DNA from: Candidatus Hadarchaeota archaeon
GTDB lineage: Archaea > Hadarchaeota > Hadarchaeia > Hadarchaeales > Hadarchaeaceae
Assembly (NCBI GenBank): GCA_964514965.1
Contig: CAZETV010000001.1
Coordinates: 603,063 to 635,062, forward strand
Length of the DNA: 32,000 nt
Direction of reading: 5' to 3'
Shown here: positions 1 to 11,103 of the stretch, in pieces
How positions within the stretch are numbered: the stretch's first letter is position 1
How the letters are laid out: every line of letters begins with the position of its first letter
Notes under the pieces: generated by a model
Told to the model about the DNA's origin: nothing
The model's database searches: none
What the model saw: the letters and a program-made list of their open reading frames with translations, nothing else
Position numbers and translations under genes: made by a program

Positions 1-105
1 GGCTTCGTGGTCTTTGTACCCAGCACCAATCCTGGGGATGAGGTAAAAGTTCGCATCACCGCGGTGCGACAAAGATTTGCGACAGCTGAAGTCGTTACAG
101 AGTGA
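1..105 (+). CDS. C-terminal end of a TRAM-domain protein (partial, 5' truncated by window)
   Basis: Open frame from base 1: [34 protein letters not shown], a typical TRAM domain ending; TGA at 103-105. Confidence 0.75.
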   Translation, partial: GFVVFVPSTNPGDEVKVRITAVRQRFATAEVVTE

Positions 106-126
106 ATCCATTACTCTCGACTTTAG

Positions 127-1191
<1,065 letters not shown>

Positions 1192-1257
1192 CTATCAAGA
1201 ATAAAGAAGTGTCATTTTTTCACGGCTTTTCTACGAATCCGATATCCCTGAAAAAAA

Positions 1258-1698
1258 CTAAAGCGATTCTCGCAAAAATTTCGCGACCAAGTCAACCGCA
1301 ACTTCTCGTTTGGCGGGGTAAGCCGCAACTTTCAATCTAAGATGTATAATATCGCCACCCTCGGTCAGCACGAGTTCACCCACATATGCTAGCTGTTTAT
1401 CGAACCTCAGGTGCAGATGGCAGGCCTTATCGATTCTGTCCGGTACGACCATAGCAATTTTTTCGAACTCTCCTCCACATAGCTTGGCTAAGATTCTTCG
1501 CCAGATTTCTTGAGTCTCCTTGCGCCCAATCTGAGCCTCAAAGCTCACGATTGGGTTTCCATGATGACCTTTAAGCCTCGAACGACGAACCTCAACCTCT
1601 TCTGGTAGCATAATTTTTAGTGCATCTAAAACTCGTTTTTCGGCCTCGGTGGCATGCGCAAAGGTGCTAACAACCGCACCCCTGAACGGAAATTTCAT
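1258..1698 (-). CDS. Predicted exosome-associated RNA-binding protein, COG1325-like
   Basis: 146 aa; motif-level resemblance (HHGNPI..FEA.I..K......W..I, LHLRFDKQ.AY.GEL.L...DIIH.R.KV.AYPA). Located directly downstream of L15e, as in many archaea. Confidence 0.8.
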   Translation of the reverse strand: MKFPFRGAVVSTFAHATEAEKRVLDALKIMLPEEVEVRRSRLKGHHGNPIVSFEAQIGRKETQEIWRRILAKLCGGEFEKIAMVVPDRIDKACHLHLRFDKQLAYVGELVLTEGGDIIHLRLKVAAYPAKREVAVDLVAKFLRESL

Positions 1699-1709
1699 CC
1701 ATAATCACT

Positions 1710-2267
1710 TTAGCCATGCCGACGTGCCCGAACGCTCGGCCTGACTTTCTCTGCACCCTTGCCCTTTTTGAGCAGTCCCCGCGACTTTCGCCCTGTTCTC
1801 GTCAAACCTCGGTAAACTCGCCCACTATGCTCTTTCTCAGCTACCCACTTTAACTGGGGGTCGCTCAAGATTGCAGGGTGGTTCGGGTCAAGCATAATAA
1901 CCTCAAAATATTCATGGGTGCCGTCAGGGCCGAGCGGGTAGGAGTTCAGAACCTCTAAATTAGGGTACTTCCGGGCTGCTCGCTCCTCTGCAATCAGTTG
2001 GATGCTCTTCTTAGGAACGAGCTTACTAACTCCCATACGCTTTGGTCGACGTCCACGCCATGGTCGCACCTTGCGTCTACCGCCTTTCCGCACTCGAGCT
2101 CGGACGACGATGATACCTTGCTTTGCCTTGTACCCAAGCGCACGAGCGCGATCTAGCCTAGTTGGGTGCTCAACACGCACTATCGCAGGCCCACGTCGCC
2201 ACTCACGCATTCGATTGCGCATGAGTTTGTTTAACTCTGCCGATTCATTTCTCAAGTACTTGTACAT
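1710..2267 (-). CDS. rpl15e: Ribosomal protein L15e
   Basis: [72 protein letters not shown] ribosome-binding site just upstream of the ATG at 2267. Confidence 0.95.
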   Translation of the reverse strand: MYKYLRNESAELNKLMRNRMREWRRGPAIVRVEHPTRLDRARALGYKAKQGIIVVRARVRKGGRRKVRPWRGRRPKRMGVSKLVPKKSIQLIAEERAARKYPNLEVLNSYPLGPDGTHEYFEVIMLDPNHPAILSDPQLKWVAEKEHSGRVYRGLTRTGRKSRGLLKKGKGAEKVRPSVRARRHG

Positions 2268-2277
2268 TGTAACACCT

Positions 2278-3189
2278 CTACTGAACAAGTACATCTTTTA
2301 TCTTTTGGGCTATAATCATCGCTGCATCTCGCTGCGCCTCGCGTGTTGAAGCTCCGAGGTGTGGCGTGAGCACGACATTCTGTAACTCAAGCAATGGGCT
2401 ATCCCGGGGCGGCTCCTGCCCGTAGACGTCCAAGCAGGCACCCGCGACTTTTTTGTTTTTCAAAGCTTCGACCAATGCCGCTTCATCAACGATTCCGCCA
2501 CGCGAGGTGTTTATCAACACTGCGGTCGGTTTCATGAGTTCGAGCTCACTTTTTCCAATCATGTGTTTGGTCTCCGATATAAGTGGTACGTGTAGAGTCA
2601 CGAAATCCGATTCTCGAAATAACGTTTTTAAATCGACGTATCTCGCTCCAGTCCGCTCGACAAACTCTTGATTCTTGATAATATCATATAAGAGCAACTC
2701 CATCAGAAATGCCTTTGCCCTGTAGCCAACCGCCCTACCTATCTTCCCCGTGCCCACTATGCCGAGCGTTTTACCCCTTAATTCAGTACCCATGAGTTGA
2801 GACTTCTCCCACCTTCCAGCTTTCGTGCTCAAGTCCGCGTGCGGGAAATGCCTTGCAAATGACAACATGTGCCCAAGCACGAGTTCCGCGACCGCGATGG
2901 TTGGGGCTTCTGGAGAGTTGAGTACCTTAATCCCCCGCTCTTCGGCGGCTTTGATATCTATATTATCAAGCCCTACCCCCGCTCGGGCGATTATCTTTAG
3001 CTCTTTACCCGCATCAATTACCTCTTTTGTTACCTTCGTCGCGCTTCGAACCACCAGCACATCATATCCCCCAACTTTCTCGAGTAGATCGGCCGGCTTC
3101 AGGCCAGTGGCCACCTCAACCTCTGCGAACTCGCATAGCGCCTCAAGGCCATCTTCGTGAATGCGGTCTGCAACCAATATTTTCGTCAT
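2278..3189 (-). CDS. serA: D-isomer specific 2-hydroxyacid dehydrogenase, SerA-like (phosphoglycerate dehydrogenase catalytic/NAD domain only)
   Basis: 303 aa with GxGxxG (GIVGTGKIG), [46 protein letters not shown]. No regulatory ASB/ACT domain. Confidence 0.8.
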   Translation of the reverse strand: MTKILVADRIHEDGLEALCEFAEVEVATGLKPADLLEKVGGYDVLVVRSATKVTKEVIDAGKELKIIARAGVGLDNIDIKAAEERGIKVLNSPEAPTIAVAELVLGHMLSFARHFPHADLSTKAGRWEKSQLMGTELRGKTLGIVGTGKIGRAVGYRAKAFLMELLLYDIIKNQEFVERTGARYVDLKTLFRESDFVTLHVPLISETKHMIGKSELELMKPTAVLINTSRGGIVDEAALVEALKNKKVAGACLDVYGQEPPRDSPLLELQNVVLTPHLGASTREAQRDAAMIIAQKIKDVLVQ

Positions 3190-3251
3190 GCCACTTACCC
3201 CATATGCTCGAAGAAATTAAGTGAAACTGACTTATATCTGCGCGGGTTGCT

Positions 3252-4679
3252 TCATCCACCAGTGAGTTGTCGGACAGTCTCCCTGAGACTAGTTCTGGAT
3301 TTGAGGTTAGCCAAAAAAATCTTCATGCGATACTTGCTTTGCACAGTCTTCAGGATTTGTGGAACCCAAAAAGTCGGTCGTTTGATGAACTTTGCATAGA
3401 AGCGGTCAATCATCCTGCAGAGTTCCTCTTCTTTCAAATGTGATGGAAAAACGTTTATTGCGGTAACCGCATCCTCCCAATACTTCTCTTCCTCAAGGTA
3501 GCCCTCGCGCACTGCCATGTCCCATAGGTCCATTCCTGGCGAAAGCATGAGGACATTCATCTGCGGGAAATCCATACCTTTCAAGTTTAGGGCGAAATCT
3601 AAAGTCTGCTGGACATCTTCCCTAGTTTCGATAGGGGCTCCAACGATAAATGAGCCTATGATGTTTTCAATGCCAGCTTCCTTACAGTTACGCATGGCTT
3701 TTCGGCTGAGTTCCGGCGAGATATTTTTCCCATAATAGTCCAAGACTTTCTGGTTGCCGCTCTCGACTCCGAAATAAATCGTCTTGCAACCAACACGCGC
3801 GAACTTGTGCAGCACCTCGCGCGATGCATTATCAACCCTCCCTTCTGCCCAAAGAGTGAGCTTGATCCCATTCTCTTTTAACAGATCACAAATTTTTTCC
3901 ATTCTATTTCGGTCCAGGAGCAAATTGTCATCAACGAATCCAATTTCTTCGTAACCCTCCATCTGCAACTGCCCCATCTCAGCTACCACCGATTTTGGAG
4001 ATCTAAACCTAGCTTTCCGCAAAGAGAAGGACGAGCAAGCGCAATATCTGCAGTTGTAGGGGCAGCCTCTTGACGTCAACACGGTGGTGAACTTTCCGCT
4101 ACTACCCAGCATCCCAACCACCTCGGAGTGATACTCCTGCTCCAACAAAGTTCGGTCAGGAAGAGGCAGTTCGTCGAGATTTTGGATGAATGGTCTCGGT
4201 GGCGTTTTGACCACCCCACCATCTTGTCTGAAAGCGATTCCTTTAATTTTCTTTATCCCCTCTTCTCTCTCTAGAGCGTTAACAAGCTCCAAAAAGATTT
4301 GTTCGCCCTCGCCTAGCACGACGTAGTCAACGAAAGGGTACTTCGTTAGTAGTCTCTTATAGGTAAAAGTGGCGTGATAGTTCCCAAAAATTATTTTTAA
4401 ATCTGGGAGTTCAGCCTTTACGGCGTTCGCTATTTTTATGCCTTGCTTGAAGGTCGGAGTGAGAGTACTCACTCCAAGCACTCCCGGATTCTCCCGTTTG
4501 ACCCGTTCGACGATTTTCTCGATCGGCAGCTGGATTCGTGCGTTATCGATGACTTTGATTTCATGCCCAAATTTTTCTAGTACAGCCCCCAAGTAAAGCA
4601 GACCCAGCGGGGGCCAAGCCGCCTCGTTCTCTATACGTTCAGCTCGTCCGGTGTTTGGATTAATGAGGACGATTTTCAA
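3252..4679 (-). CDS. B12-binding domain radical SAM protein
   Basis: N-terminal cobalamin-binding-like fold (PPLGLLYLGAVLEK..HEIKVIDN) followed by radical SAM motif CPYNCRYCAC. Confidence 0.9.
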   Translation of the reverse strand: MKIVLINPNTGRAERIENEAAWPPLGLLYLGAVLEKFGHEIKVIDNARIQLPIEKIVERVKRENPGVLGVSTLTPTFKQGIKIANAVKAELPDLKIIFGNYHATFTYKRLLTKYPFVDYVVLGEGEQIFLELVNALEREEGIKKIKGIAFRQDGGVVKTPPRPFIQNLDELPLPDRTLLEQEYHSEVVGMLGSSGKFTTVLTSRGCPYNCRYCACSSFSLRKARFRSPKSVVAEMGQLQMEGYEEIGFVDDNLLLDRNRMEKICDLLKENGIKLTLWAEGRVDNASREVLHKFARVGCKTIYFGVESGNQKVLDYYGKNISPELSRKAMRNCKEAGIENIIGSFIVGAPIETREDVQQTLDFALNLKGMDFPQMNVLMLSPGMDLWDMAVREGYLEEEKYWEDAVTAINVFPSHLKEEELCRMIDRFYAKFIKRPTFWVPQILKTVQSKYRMKIFLANLKSRTSLRETVRQLTGG

Positions 4680-4683
4680 CGAT

Positions 4684-5886
4684 TCACCTTCCCTTAGCCG
4701 CGACTATCCTAATCACATCTCTATCCTTGAGCTCATAATCCTCACCCAGTCTTCGCTTCGTTCGAGCATCTATCGCGTGAATGAAAGATTCCCCGAGGTC
4801 GGTGTGAATTACATAAGCAAACTCTCGGGCCTTAGTACCTTTCGGGACAAGGTATGTGTCAGGTAACACGTTACCCTTTTTGTCCGTGAGCTTGTGCTCA
4901 TCGTCAACAGGGTAAACCACGATTAGATTTAGCAGTTCATAGATTGCCCTGTCTACCACCTGTTGGACGCCCGTCGAGCCCCACTTTTTCAACAAAGCAT
5001 GAGTAATCTCGATTGCCTTTTTCTGCTTTTCGTTTAGTTCCTCTGGCTTGAGAACCTCGAAATCGTCGCCGCCCGGTTCGTAGCGCATAATCCCCTTCTC
5101 GCTTCCGCGCCTCAGAATGAGCTCGGCCTCAGAGCAAGTTGGAACTACGATACATCCCCGCTGACGCAAACGCTCGATATTCAGCTCGGCCGTCGGTACA
5201 TCGGCTTTGTTCGCGGCGATCAAAATTGGCTTACTCACTTTCCGAACTTCTGCCACAAATCGGAGCAAGTCCTCATCCGTCCATTTTTCTGGGTTCGATT
5301 GGTCAATGCCTGTCTGCTGAAACGCTTGTGCAATATGATTTTCTTTTATCCCCAGCCCGCTCAGGCGCCCGGCTATCTCCTTAACTAAGTCGAGTTCCTC
5401 GTACTTCGCCCTGCGCGCAAACTTCGACCAATCTTTCACGAGCAGGCTCCGCAGCCATGCCGCGATTTCAACTTCGAGGAAATCTATATCTTGAACAGGA
5501 TCGTGGGTACTTGGCGGGCAGGATTTACCTTCAGCGTCAGTTGCTCCGGCTGCGTCGATAATATGAATTAATGCAGCTGCCATTCGAAGGTTGTCGAGAA
5601 AGCGATTGCCCAATCCCCGCCCCATGTAGGCCCCTTCTACCAAACCAGCGACATCGATTATCCGGATAGGCACGTACCGAACCCCGCCAACACACTTCGA
5701 ATTTTGGGGGGCACAATTCACCTTGAACTCGCGGCAGGGGCACGGGCTTCGCACGTAGGTGACGCCAACATTAGCATTGATTGTTGTAAATGGGTAACCT
5801 GCCACTGGAGCATCCGCAAGCGTTACAGCGTTAAAAAAGGTGGTCTTGCCTGTATTTGGTTTACCTACGAGTCCCAATTCAAGCAT
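4684..5886 (-). CDS. ychF: Redox-regulated ATPase/GTPase, YchF/OLA1-like (Obg family)
   Basis: MLELGLVGKPNTGKTTFFNAVTLADAPVAGYPFTTINANVG (Walker A/G1), IIDVAGLVEGA (G3), ANKADV (NKxD), C-terminal TGS-like domain. Confidence 0.9.
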   Translation of the reverse strand: MLELGLVGKPNTGKTTFFNAVTLADAPVAGYPFTTINANVGVTYVRSPCPCREFKVNCAPQNSKCVGGVRYVPIRIIDVAGLVEGAYMGRGLGNRFLDNLRMAAALIHIIDAAGATDAEGKSCPPSTHDPVQDIDFLEVEIAAWLRSLLVKDWSKFARRAKYEELDLVKEIAGRLSGLGIKENHIAQAFQQTGIDQSNPEKWTDEDLLRFVAEVRKVSKPILIAANKADVPTAELNIERLRQRGCIVVPTCSEAELILRRGSEKGIMRYEPGGDDFEVLKPEELNEKQKKAIEITHALLKKWGSTGVQQVVDRAIYELLNLIVVYPVDDEHKLTDKKGNVLPDTYLVPKGTKAREFAYVIHTDLGESFIHAIDARTKRRLGEDYELKDRDVIRIVAAKGR

Positions 5887-5894
5887 GCTCAACC

Positions 5895-6230
5895 CTACTC
5901 GTCGCACCAGTAGCAGCCAGACTTCCTTCGCTTGCCGAAGCTCTGTAGCCCACGCTCGGCCAGCTGGGCGCGCAAATGCCGTGCATAACTCGACTCGATT
6001 TTTCTGTTCTTTTCAAGAAAGTTTATTATCTCGAGCGCTTGGTCATTATTTTCGCAGCGCCTGATGAAATCTACGGCGGTGGGCTCATAACCATTCAAGC
6101 TGTGCGATATCTTCTCAGCCTCTTTCACATTCGTTCGAACAGCTTGGATTTTGACTGTTCCGGCCCCGCCTAACTCTCCAGCTAAATTCGGATATTTCCT
6201 TCGGAACCCTTTGCGGTTGTACTCACTCAT
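5895..6230 (-). CDS. DUF2095-like conserved archaeal protein
   Basis: MSEYNRKGFRRKYPNLAGELG... EPTAVDFIRRCENNDQALEIINFLEKNRKI, ending GCYWCDE; resembles the DUF2095 archaeal family. Confidence 0.6.
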   Translation of the reverse strand: MSEYNRKGFRRKYPNLAGELGGAGTVKIQAVRTNVKEAEKISHSLNGYEPTAVDFIRRCENNDQALEIINFLEKNRKIESSYARHLRAQLAERGLQSFGKRRKSGCYWCDE

Positions 6231-6238
6231 ATTTAAAC

Positions 6239-7522
6239 CTACTCTGGTTTCCATTCCTTCTTCTTAACAATAGGTTTCGCGTATACCATCATATTCGGCG
6301 GAACATCCTTGTAAACGACCACTCCGGGTCCAACAGCAGAATCCGGACCGATTTTCACGCCGACGTTTATCGTACAGTTGATGCCAGTTTTTACATTGTC
6401 GGCAATTATCGTTCCCAGCTTCCGCCTACCGCTGCTAACCACCTTACCGCCGACTTCCATCTTAATAGGCTTCTCGTCCAAACGCAGATTCGCAATTGTT
6501 GTTCCCGCTCCTAGGTTGCAGTGACTCCCGATAACGCTGTCACCCGCGTACGAGAGATGCCCGATGTGTGTGTAATCCATGACGATACTGTTCTTTACCT
6601 CGACCGCGTTGCCAATCCTTACTTTGTCGCCTATACTCGTGCACGGCCTTATGAAACAATTTGGCCCGATGTCACAATTCTTGCCGATATAGGTTGGCCC
6701 CAAGATGTAGGAGCCCGAACGAATTCGCGAACCCTCTCCGATGTAAACGTTACCGCCTATATAAGCGCCCTCTTCAACCTCGCCGTGTATTTCACCGCGC
6801 TGTCCTCGCAAGAAATAATCGTTCGCCACCAACAAATCCCAAGGCCTGCCGATGTCAGCCCATAAATTTAGTGGTGAAGTATAGATTGATTTACCACTGT
6901 TAATCAAAATTTGCATCGAGGTTGTTAGCTCGTACTCTTCTCGCTTGGATTTCTTCGTTTTCTCAATTGCATCAAAAAGTGTGTAATTGAAGATGTATAT
7001 ACCTGCGTTAGCCAACCTGCTCTTGACCCGCTTCGGCTTCTCAACTATTTCACTAACTTTTTCCCCTTTCAGAAAAACTATCCCGAATTGTTCGGGTTTA
7101 TCAACCTCGATTATCGCCATGATTCCACCAAAATTTTTGCTTGCCTTCTTTTTTTCGTAGCTTTTCATGAAAGCATTGAGCGACTCTTGGTCAATCAAGG
7201 TGTCGCCATTCATCACGATAAAACTCTCTCCACTCACGAAATCCTTAGCAAGCGAAACGGCGTTCGCGGTGCCGAGCAACTTCTTTTGATGTAAGTACTT
7301 GAGTTTCACTCCAAGCTCTGAACCATCGCCGTAGCGCTCGACTATTTGTTCTCGCCCGTAACCTACAATCATGGCGATTTCGTCGATACCGGCGTTTTTC
7401 AGGAGCAACAGCACATGATCGAGAGCCGGTTTACCCGCCACTGGGAGCAAGAATTTTGGCTTCGTGAACGTGAGCGGGCGCATTCTAGTTCCAAGCCCCG
7501 CTGCAAGAACGACCGCTTTCAC
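6239..7522 (-). CDS. Bifunctional sugar-1-phosphate nucleotidylyltransferase/acetyltransferase (archaeal GlmU-like)
   Basis: AAGLGTRMRPLTFTKPKFLLPVAGKP, NGDTL, hexapeptide repeats in the C-terminal left-handed beta helix (VGSHCNLGAGTTIANLR, KTGINCTINVGVKIG). Confidence 0.93.
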   Translation of the reverse strand: MKAVVLAAGLGTRMRPLTFTKPKFLLPVAGKPALDHVLLLLKNAGIDEIAMIVGYGREQIVERYGDGSELGVKLKYLHQKKLLGTANAVSLAKDFVSGESFIVMNGDTLIDQESLNAFMKSYEKKKASKNFGGIMAIIEVDKPEQFGIVFLKGEKVSEIVEKPKRVKSRLANAGIYIFNYTLFDAIEKTKKSKREEYELTTSMQILINSGKSIYTSPLNLWADIGRPWDLLVANDYFLRGQRGEIHGEVEEGAYIGGNVYIGEGSRIRSGSYILGPTYIGKNCDIGPNCFIRPCTSIGDKVRIGNAVEVKNSIVMDYTHIGHLSYAGDSVIGSHCNLGAGTTIANLRLDEKPIKMEVGGKVVSSGRRKLGTIIADNVKTGINCTINVGVKIGPDSAVGPGVVVYKDVPPNMMVYAKPIVKKKEWKPE

Positions 7523-7697
7523 CGCTCATCCCAAATGTTAGTTGATGTTAGGCTAATAAAAACATGGTAAAGCTACTCATCAACAATAATTCACGGCCGT
7601 ACACTTTCCATCGTGGCTTTGAGAAACTTTTTCAGGACAGTGTATAGTAACAAAATGGTCTTTTTCAAGTAAACTTAACGATAAAGATAATTAAAAA

Positions 7698-9053
7698 TTA
7701 GTCTCGCATGGCATCGCTCAATATTTTTACCGCTTTTTTAGCGATTTCCTCCGCTCGCGACGAGGTCTTTCCTTCCACGGTCACGCGAATGTACGGCTCG
7801 GTACCTGAAGGCCTGACGAGTACCCAACCGCTCTCAAACTCAAGTCTGATACCATCTATAGTGAGAATTTTCTTGACATCAAGAAACTCTCGCTTTGCGT
7901 GAATCTTGAATTTTTTCATTGCGTACGCTTTTTTCTCGTTCGGGCATTCCACCTTTTTCCTCACGGTCGGATACTCCGGCAACATGTCAAGCAATTCTGA
8001 AAGTTTCCTACCAGTTGAATCGAGTAGTTCCAAAATTTTAATCGTCGCGAGAGGCCCGTCTGGCGCAAGGTGAACGCGGGGGAAAATCCATGCACTGCTG
8101 GGCTCCCCGCCGAAGACTGCTTCGTGTTTTTTAATTGCTGCGGCCACGCTGACATCGCCAACACGCGTGCGCAGTACCTTACCGCCCCGATCAGCAACGC
8201 AATCATCAACGACACTTGAAGCATCAACTGTTGTTACCACTACTTCCTTCTCTCGCCTGATTTGATGGGCCGAGATTAACCCTAAGAGCTTGTCGGACTG
8301 GGCAACCCTGCCAAGCTCGTCAACAGCAACGGCTCGGTCCGCATCACCATCATGTGCGATGCCGAGGTCTGCGTCGATTGATTTCACCACGTTGCAGAGC
8401 TCCCCCAAATTCTCGGGTGAGGGCTCGAGCCCGCGACCGGGGAAGAAGCCGTCTAGTTGCGAATTCAACGTCACCACTTTGCAACCCAACTTTCTAAGCA
8501 AGTAAGGAGTCACCACGGAGCCCGCTCCATTGCCGCAGTCAACCACGACTTTGTAGCTCCGCTTTAGCTTGACGGTGCCTAAAATCTCGTCGATGTAGCC
8601 CGGCAGAACATCAATCTTCTCAACTTTGCCTATTCGATCCCAAGCGGAAGGCTTCATCTGCTTGCCGAAGTAAATTCGTTCGATCGCTTCTTCCTGTTCG
8701 GGGGTGTAAGCCATCCCATCACCGCCCCAGAACTTGATCCCGTTGTACTCGGGCGGGTTGTGCGAAGCGGTGACCATAACACCGGCTTTAGCTCTAAACT
8801 GCCGCACCGCGAAGCTCACGGCAGGAGTTGGGACTACACCCAATTTTATAACATCACAACCCCCAGAAAGTAGCCCCGATGTTAAGCAGCTCTCAATCAT
8901 GTCACTGGAAGTGCGGGGGTCTTTGCCAAGGGCGACTCTGCCCTCGCCCCTGAGGTATGTTACAAGCGCTAGACCGAGATCGAGCGCAAGCTCAGGAGTA
9001 ATTTGGTTTCCCACCATGCCTCGAACGCCAGAGGTACCGAAAAGCTTGCGCAT
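7698..9053 (-). CDS. glmM: Phosphoglucosamine/phosphomannomutase
   Basis: FGTSGVRGMVG, active-site serine loop VMVTASHNPPEYNG, metal loop DGDADRAV, RPSGTEPYIRV. Confidence 0.93.
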   Translation of the reverse strand: MRKLFGTSGVRGMVGNQITPELALDLGLALVTYLRGEGRVALGKDPRTSSDMIESCLTSGLLSGGCDVIKLGVVPTPAVSFAVRQFRAKAGVMVTASHNPPEYNGIKFWGGDGMAYTPEQEEAIERIYFGKQMKPSAWDRIGKVEKIDVLPGYIDEILGTVKLKRSYKVVVDCGNGAGSVVTPYLLRKLGCKVVTLNSQLDGFFPGRGLEPSPENLGELCNVVKSIDADLGIAHDGDADRAVAVDELGRVAQSDKLLGLISAHQIRREKEVVVTTVDASSVVDDCVADRGGKVLRTRVGDVSVAAAIKKHEAVFGGEPSSAWIFPRVHLAPDGPLATIKILELLDSTGRKLSELLDMLPEYPTVRKKVECPNEKKAYAMKKFKIHAKREFLDVKKILTIDGIRLEFESGWVLVRPSGTEPYIRVTVEGKTSSRAEEIAKKAVKILSDAMRD

Positions 9054-9065
9054 GAAAACCGACTA

Positions 9066-9650
9066 CTACGATGGCTCGGACAAAACCTTCGTTTTCCAAA
9101 CCTCGACTCGCTTAACAGGACAGTATTTCTTTGCTTCTTTATAGATGTCGGCAGAGAGCTTCCCAAGCACGACTTCCTGCACGAATTGGTCGAACGTCCG
9201 CTCCCCAGCTCGGTCTTGAACAACCTTCCGCATATCCCTACGTATTGCTTCGAGCTGCGAACTCTGGACACGACGAAGTGTTGTTATAATCGAGCTAACT
9301 CTAAGCCTGTAACCGTCTTGGGTCGCCACAGTTGAAATATCACTGATGCGCGTCGCCCGCCTGCGAATCTGGCTCCGGATGTAATCGCGAGCCATATCGT
9401 GGCTTATGAAACTGGTGAGCGCGCGGCCCTCCTCAACACCCTTCACTTGGAAGTATAGTTTGATGTGAGACTTCGAGAAGTCCTCGATGAGGTCGCCCAG
9501 CGTAGTCTCAAATATCCGCCCGATAAGCTGACTCGAGTCGGAGGCGAGAGTTTCACCTATCTTTGCGTTGCCGAACATAGGGGGGGCGATGATGTCGTAC
9601 CACCCTTTCTCCCGCCAAGACTTCTTTACGACCCGTTTCTTTTCTTCCAT
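9066..9650 (-). CDS. rps3ae: Ribosomal protein S3Ae
   Basis: WREKGWYDIIAPPMFGNAKIGETLASD.....GRIFETTLGDL; KVKKVEVWKTKVL-like C-terminus. Confidence 0.93.
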   Translation of the reverse strand: MEEKKRVVKKSWREKGWYDIIAPPMFGNAKIGETLASDSSQLIGRIFETTLGDLIEDFSKSHIKLYFQVKGVEEGRALTSFISHDMARDYIRSQIRRRATRISDISTVATQDGYRLRVSSIITTLRRVQSSQLEAIRRDMRKVVQDRAGERTFDQFVQEVVLGKLSADIYKEAKKYCPVKRVEVWKTKVLSEPS

Positions 9651-9795
9651 AATCCCACCTATTGTTTATGAACTGTTTTCAGTGCCTTTCTCTCTTAATG
9701 AACTTAAATAGTTAGTTTTCAAAAAATTTTTGCTAAAATGGATGTTTACAAAGATTTTTAGATGAGGAACAAAATTTATTCGGTGAGGTTTGGCG

Positions 9796-11103
9796 ATGCT
9801 TGATTTAAAATTTGTGCGCAAAAATCCTGACCTTGTAAAAGCAGATTTGACCAAGCGAGGAGACCTAGCAAAAGTAAAGTTGGTCGACAATTTACTGAAA
9901 CACGATGAAAATTGGAGAAAGTTGGCAATAGAAACAAACAAATTGAGGGAAAAGCGCAACAGAATCACTGCGGAAATAGCGAGGCTTAAAAAAGAGAACA
10001 AGGATGTAACGGAGAAAACTAAAGAAGCAAAAAAAATCCCACAAAAAATAAAAAGTCTAGAACAGAAAGTGCAAGACTACAGAAAAAAAATTGATCATAT
10101 ACTCCTTAACCTTCCAAATTTAATGCACGAGTCTGTACCGCTAGGCAAGGACGAAAACGACAACGTCGAAATAAGAAAGTGGGGCGAGATACCCAAATTT
10201 GACTTCACACCAAAAGATCACATCGACCTAGCATTGAATCTCGACCTAGTTGACCTTGAGCGAGCTGCTAGGGTGGCTGGAGCGAGGTTCTATTACCTAA
10301 AGGGAGAACTTGTTCAGTTAAACTATGCCATAATAAAATTTGCACTCGATTTTATCACAAGAAAGGGGTTTGCTCTATTTCAGCCGCCTTACATGCTAAA
10401 GAAGAAACCACTCGAGGGGGCGGTCGCTTTGTCTGATTTTGAGGATACCATCTACAAAATTGAGGGAGAAGACCTCTACATGCTGGCTACTTCTGAGCAC
10501 GCGCTGCTGGCGTTACACATGAATGAGACATTGGATGGAAAAAGCTTGCCGATTAGGTATAGCGGAGTGAGTCCCTGTTTTAGGAAAGAGGCTGGAACCC
10601 ACGGCAGAGATACAAAAGGCATATTTCGGGTTCATCAGTTCGAAAAAGTCGAGCAATTCATCTTCTGTAAACCTGAGGACTCATGGAGACGACACGAGGA
10701 ATTGATTACCAACGCTGAAGAGATATTCCAAAAACTCGGGCTGCCTTACAGAGTAGTGAGCGTTTGCAGCGGCGACATGGGAACGGTAGCAGCGAAAAAA
10801 TACGACCTTGAAACTTGGCTGCCAGGTCAAGGAAAATATCGAGAGGCGGCTTCATGTAGCAATTGCACGTCATACCAAGCCGTCAGATCAAACATAAGAT
10901 ATAGAGACAAAACTGGTGAACCTTCAAAATTCGTTCACACCATAAATAGCACACTGGTGGCCACTGAACGGGTTTTAATATCTATTCTAGAAAACTATCA
11001 GCAGAGGGACGGCTCAATCCTAGTTCCGCCCGCATTGGTGCCATACCTCGGGGCCGAAAAAATAGGTCAGAAATTGGCGACTACAGGATGCTCTCAGCAG
11101 TAG
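9796..11103 (+). CDS. serS: Seryl-tRNA synthetase (canonical, non-methanogen type)
   Basis: MLDLKFVRKNPDLV, coiled-coil N-terminal arm, PIRYSGVSPCFRKEAGTHGRDTKGIFRVHQFEKVEQF, REAASCSNCTSYQAVRSNIRYR. GGTGAGG upstream of the ATG at 9796. Confidence 0.95.
   Translation: MLDLKFVRKNPDLVKADLTKRGDLAKVKLVDNLLKHDENWRKLAIETNKLREKRNRITAEIARLKKENKDVTEKTKEAKKIPQKIKSLEQKVQDYRKKIDHILLNLPNLMHESVPLGKDENDNVEIRKWGEIPKFDFTPKDHIDLALNLDLVDLERAARVAGARFYYLKGELVQLNYAIIKFALDFITRKGFALFQPPYMLKKKPLEGAVALSDFEDTIYKIEGEDLYMLATSEHALLALHMNETLDGKSLPIRYSGVSPCFRKEAGTHGRDTKGIFRVHQFEKVEQFIFCKPEDSWRRHEELITNAEEIFQKLGLPYRVVSVCSGDMGTVAAKKYDLETWLPGQGKYREAASCSNCTSYQAVRSNIRYRDKTGEPSKFVHTINSTLVATERVLISILENYQQRDGSILVPPALVPYLGAEKIGQKLATTGCSQQ

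Noticed and set aside
8734-9335. ORFs 8734..9144 + and 9003..9335 + and 8969..9271 - near glmM/S3Ae
   Set aside because: Shadow frames of glmM and S3Ae in GC-rich coding sequence; no motif or ribosome-binding site support.
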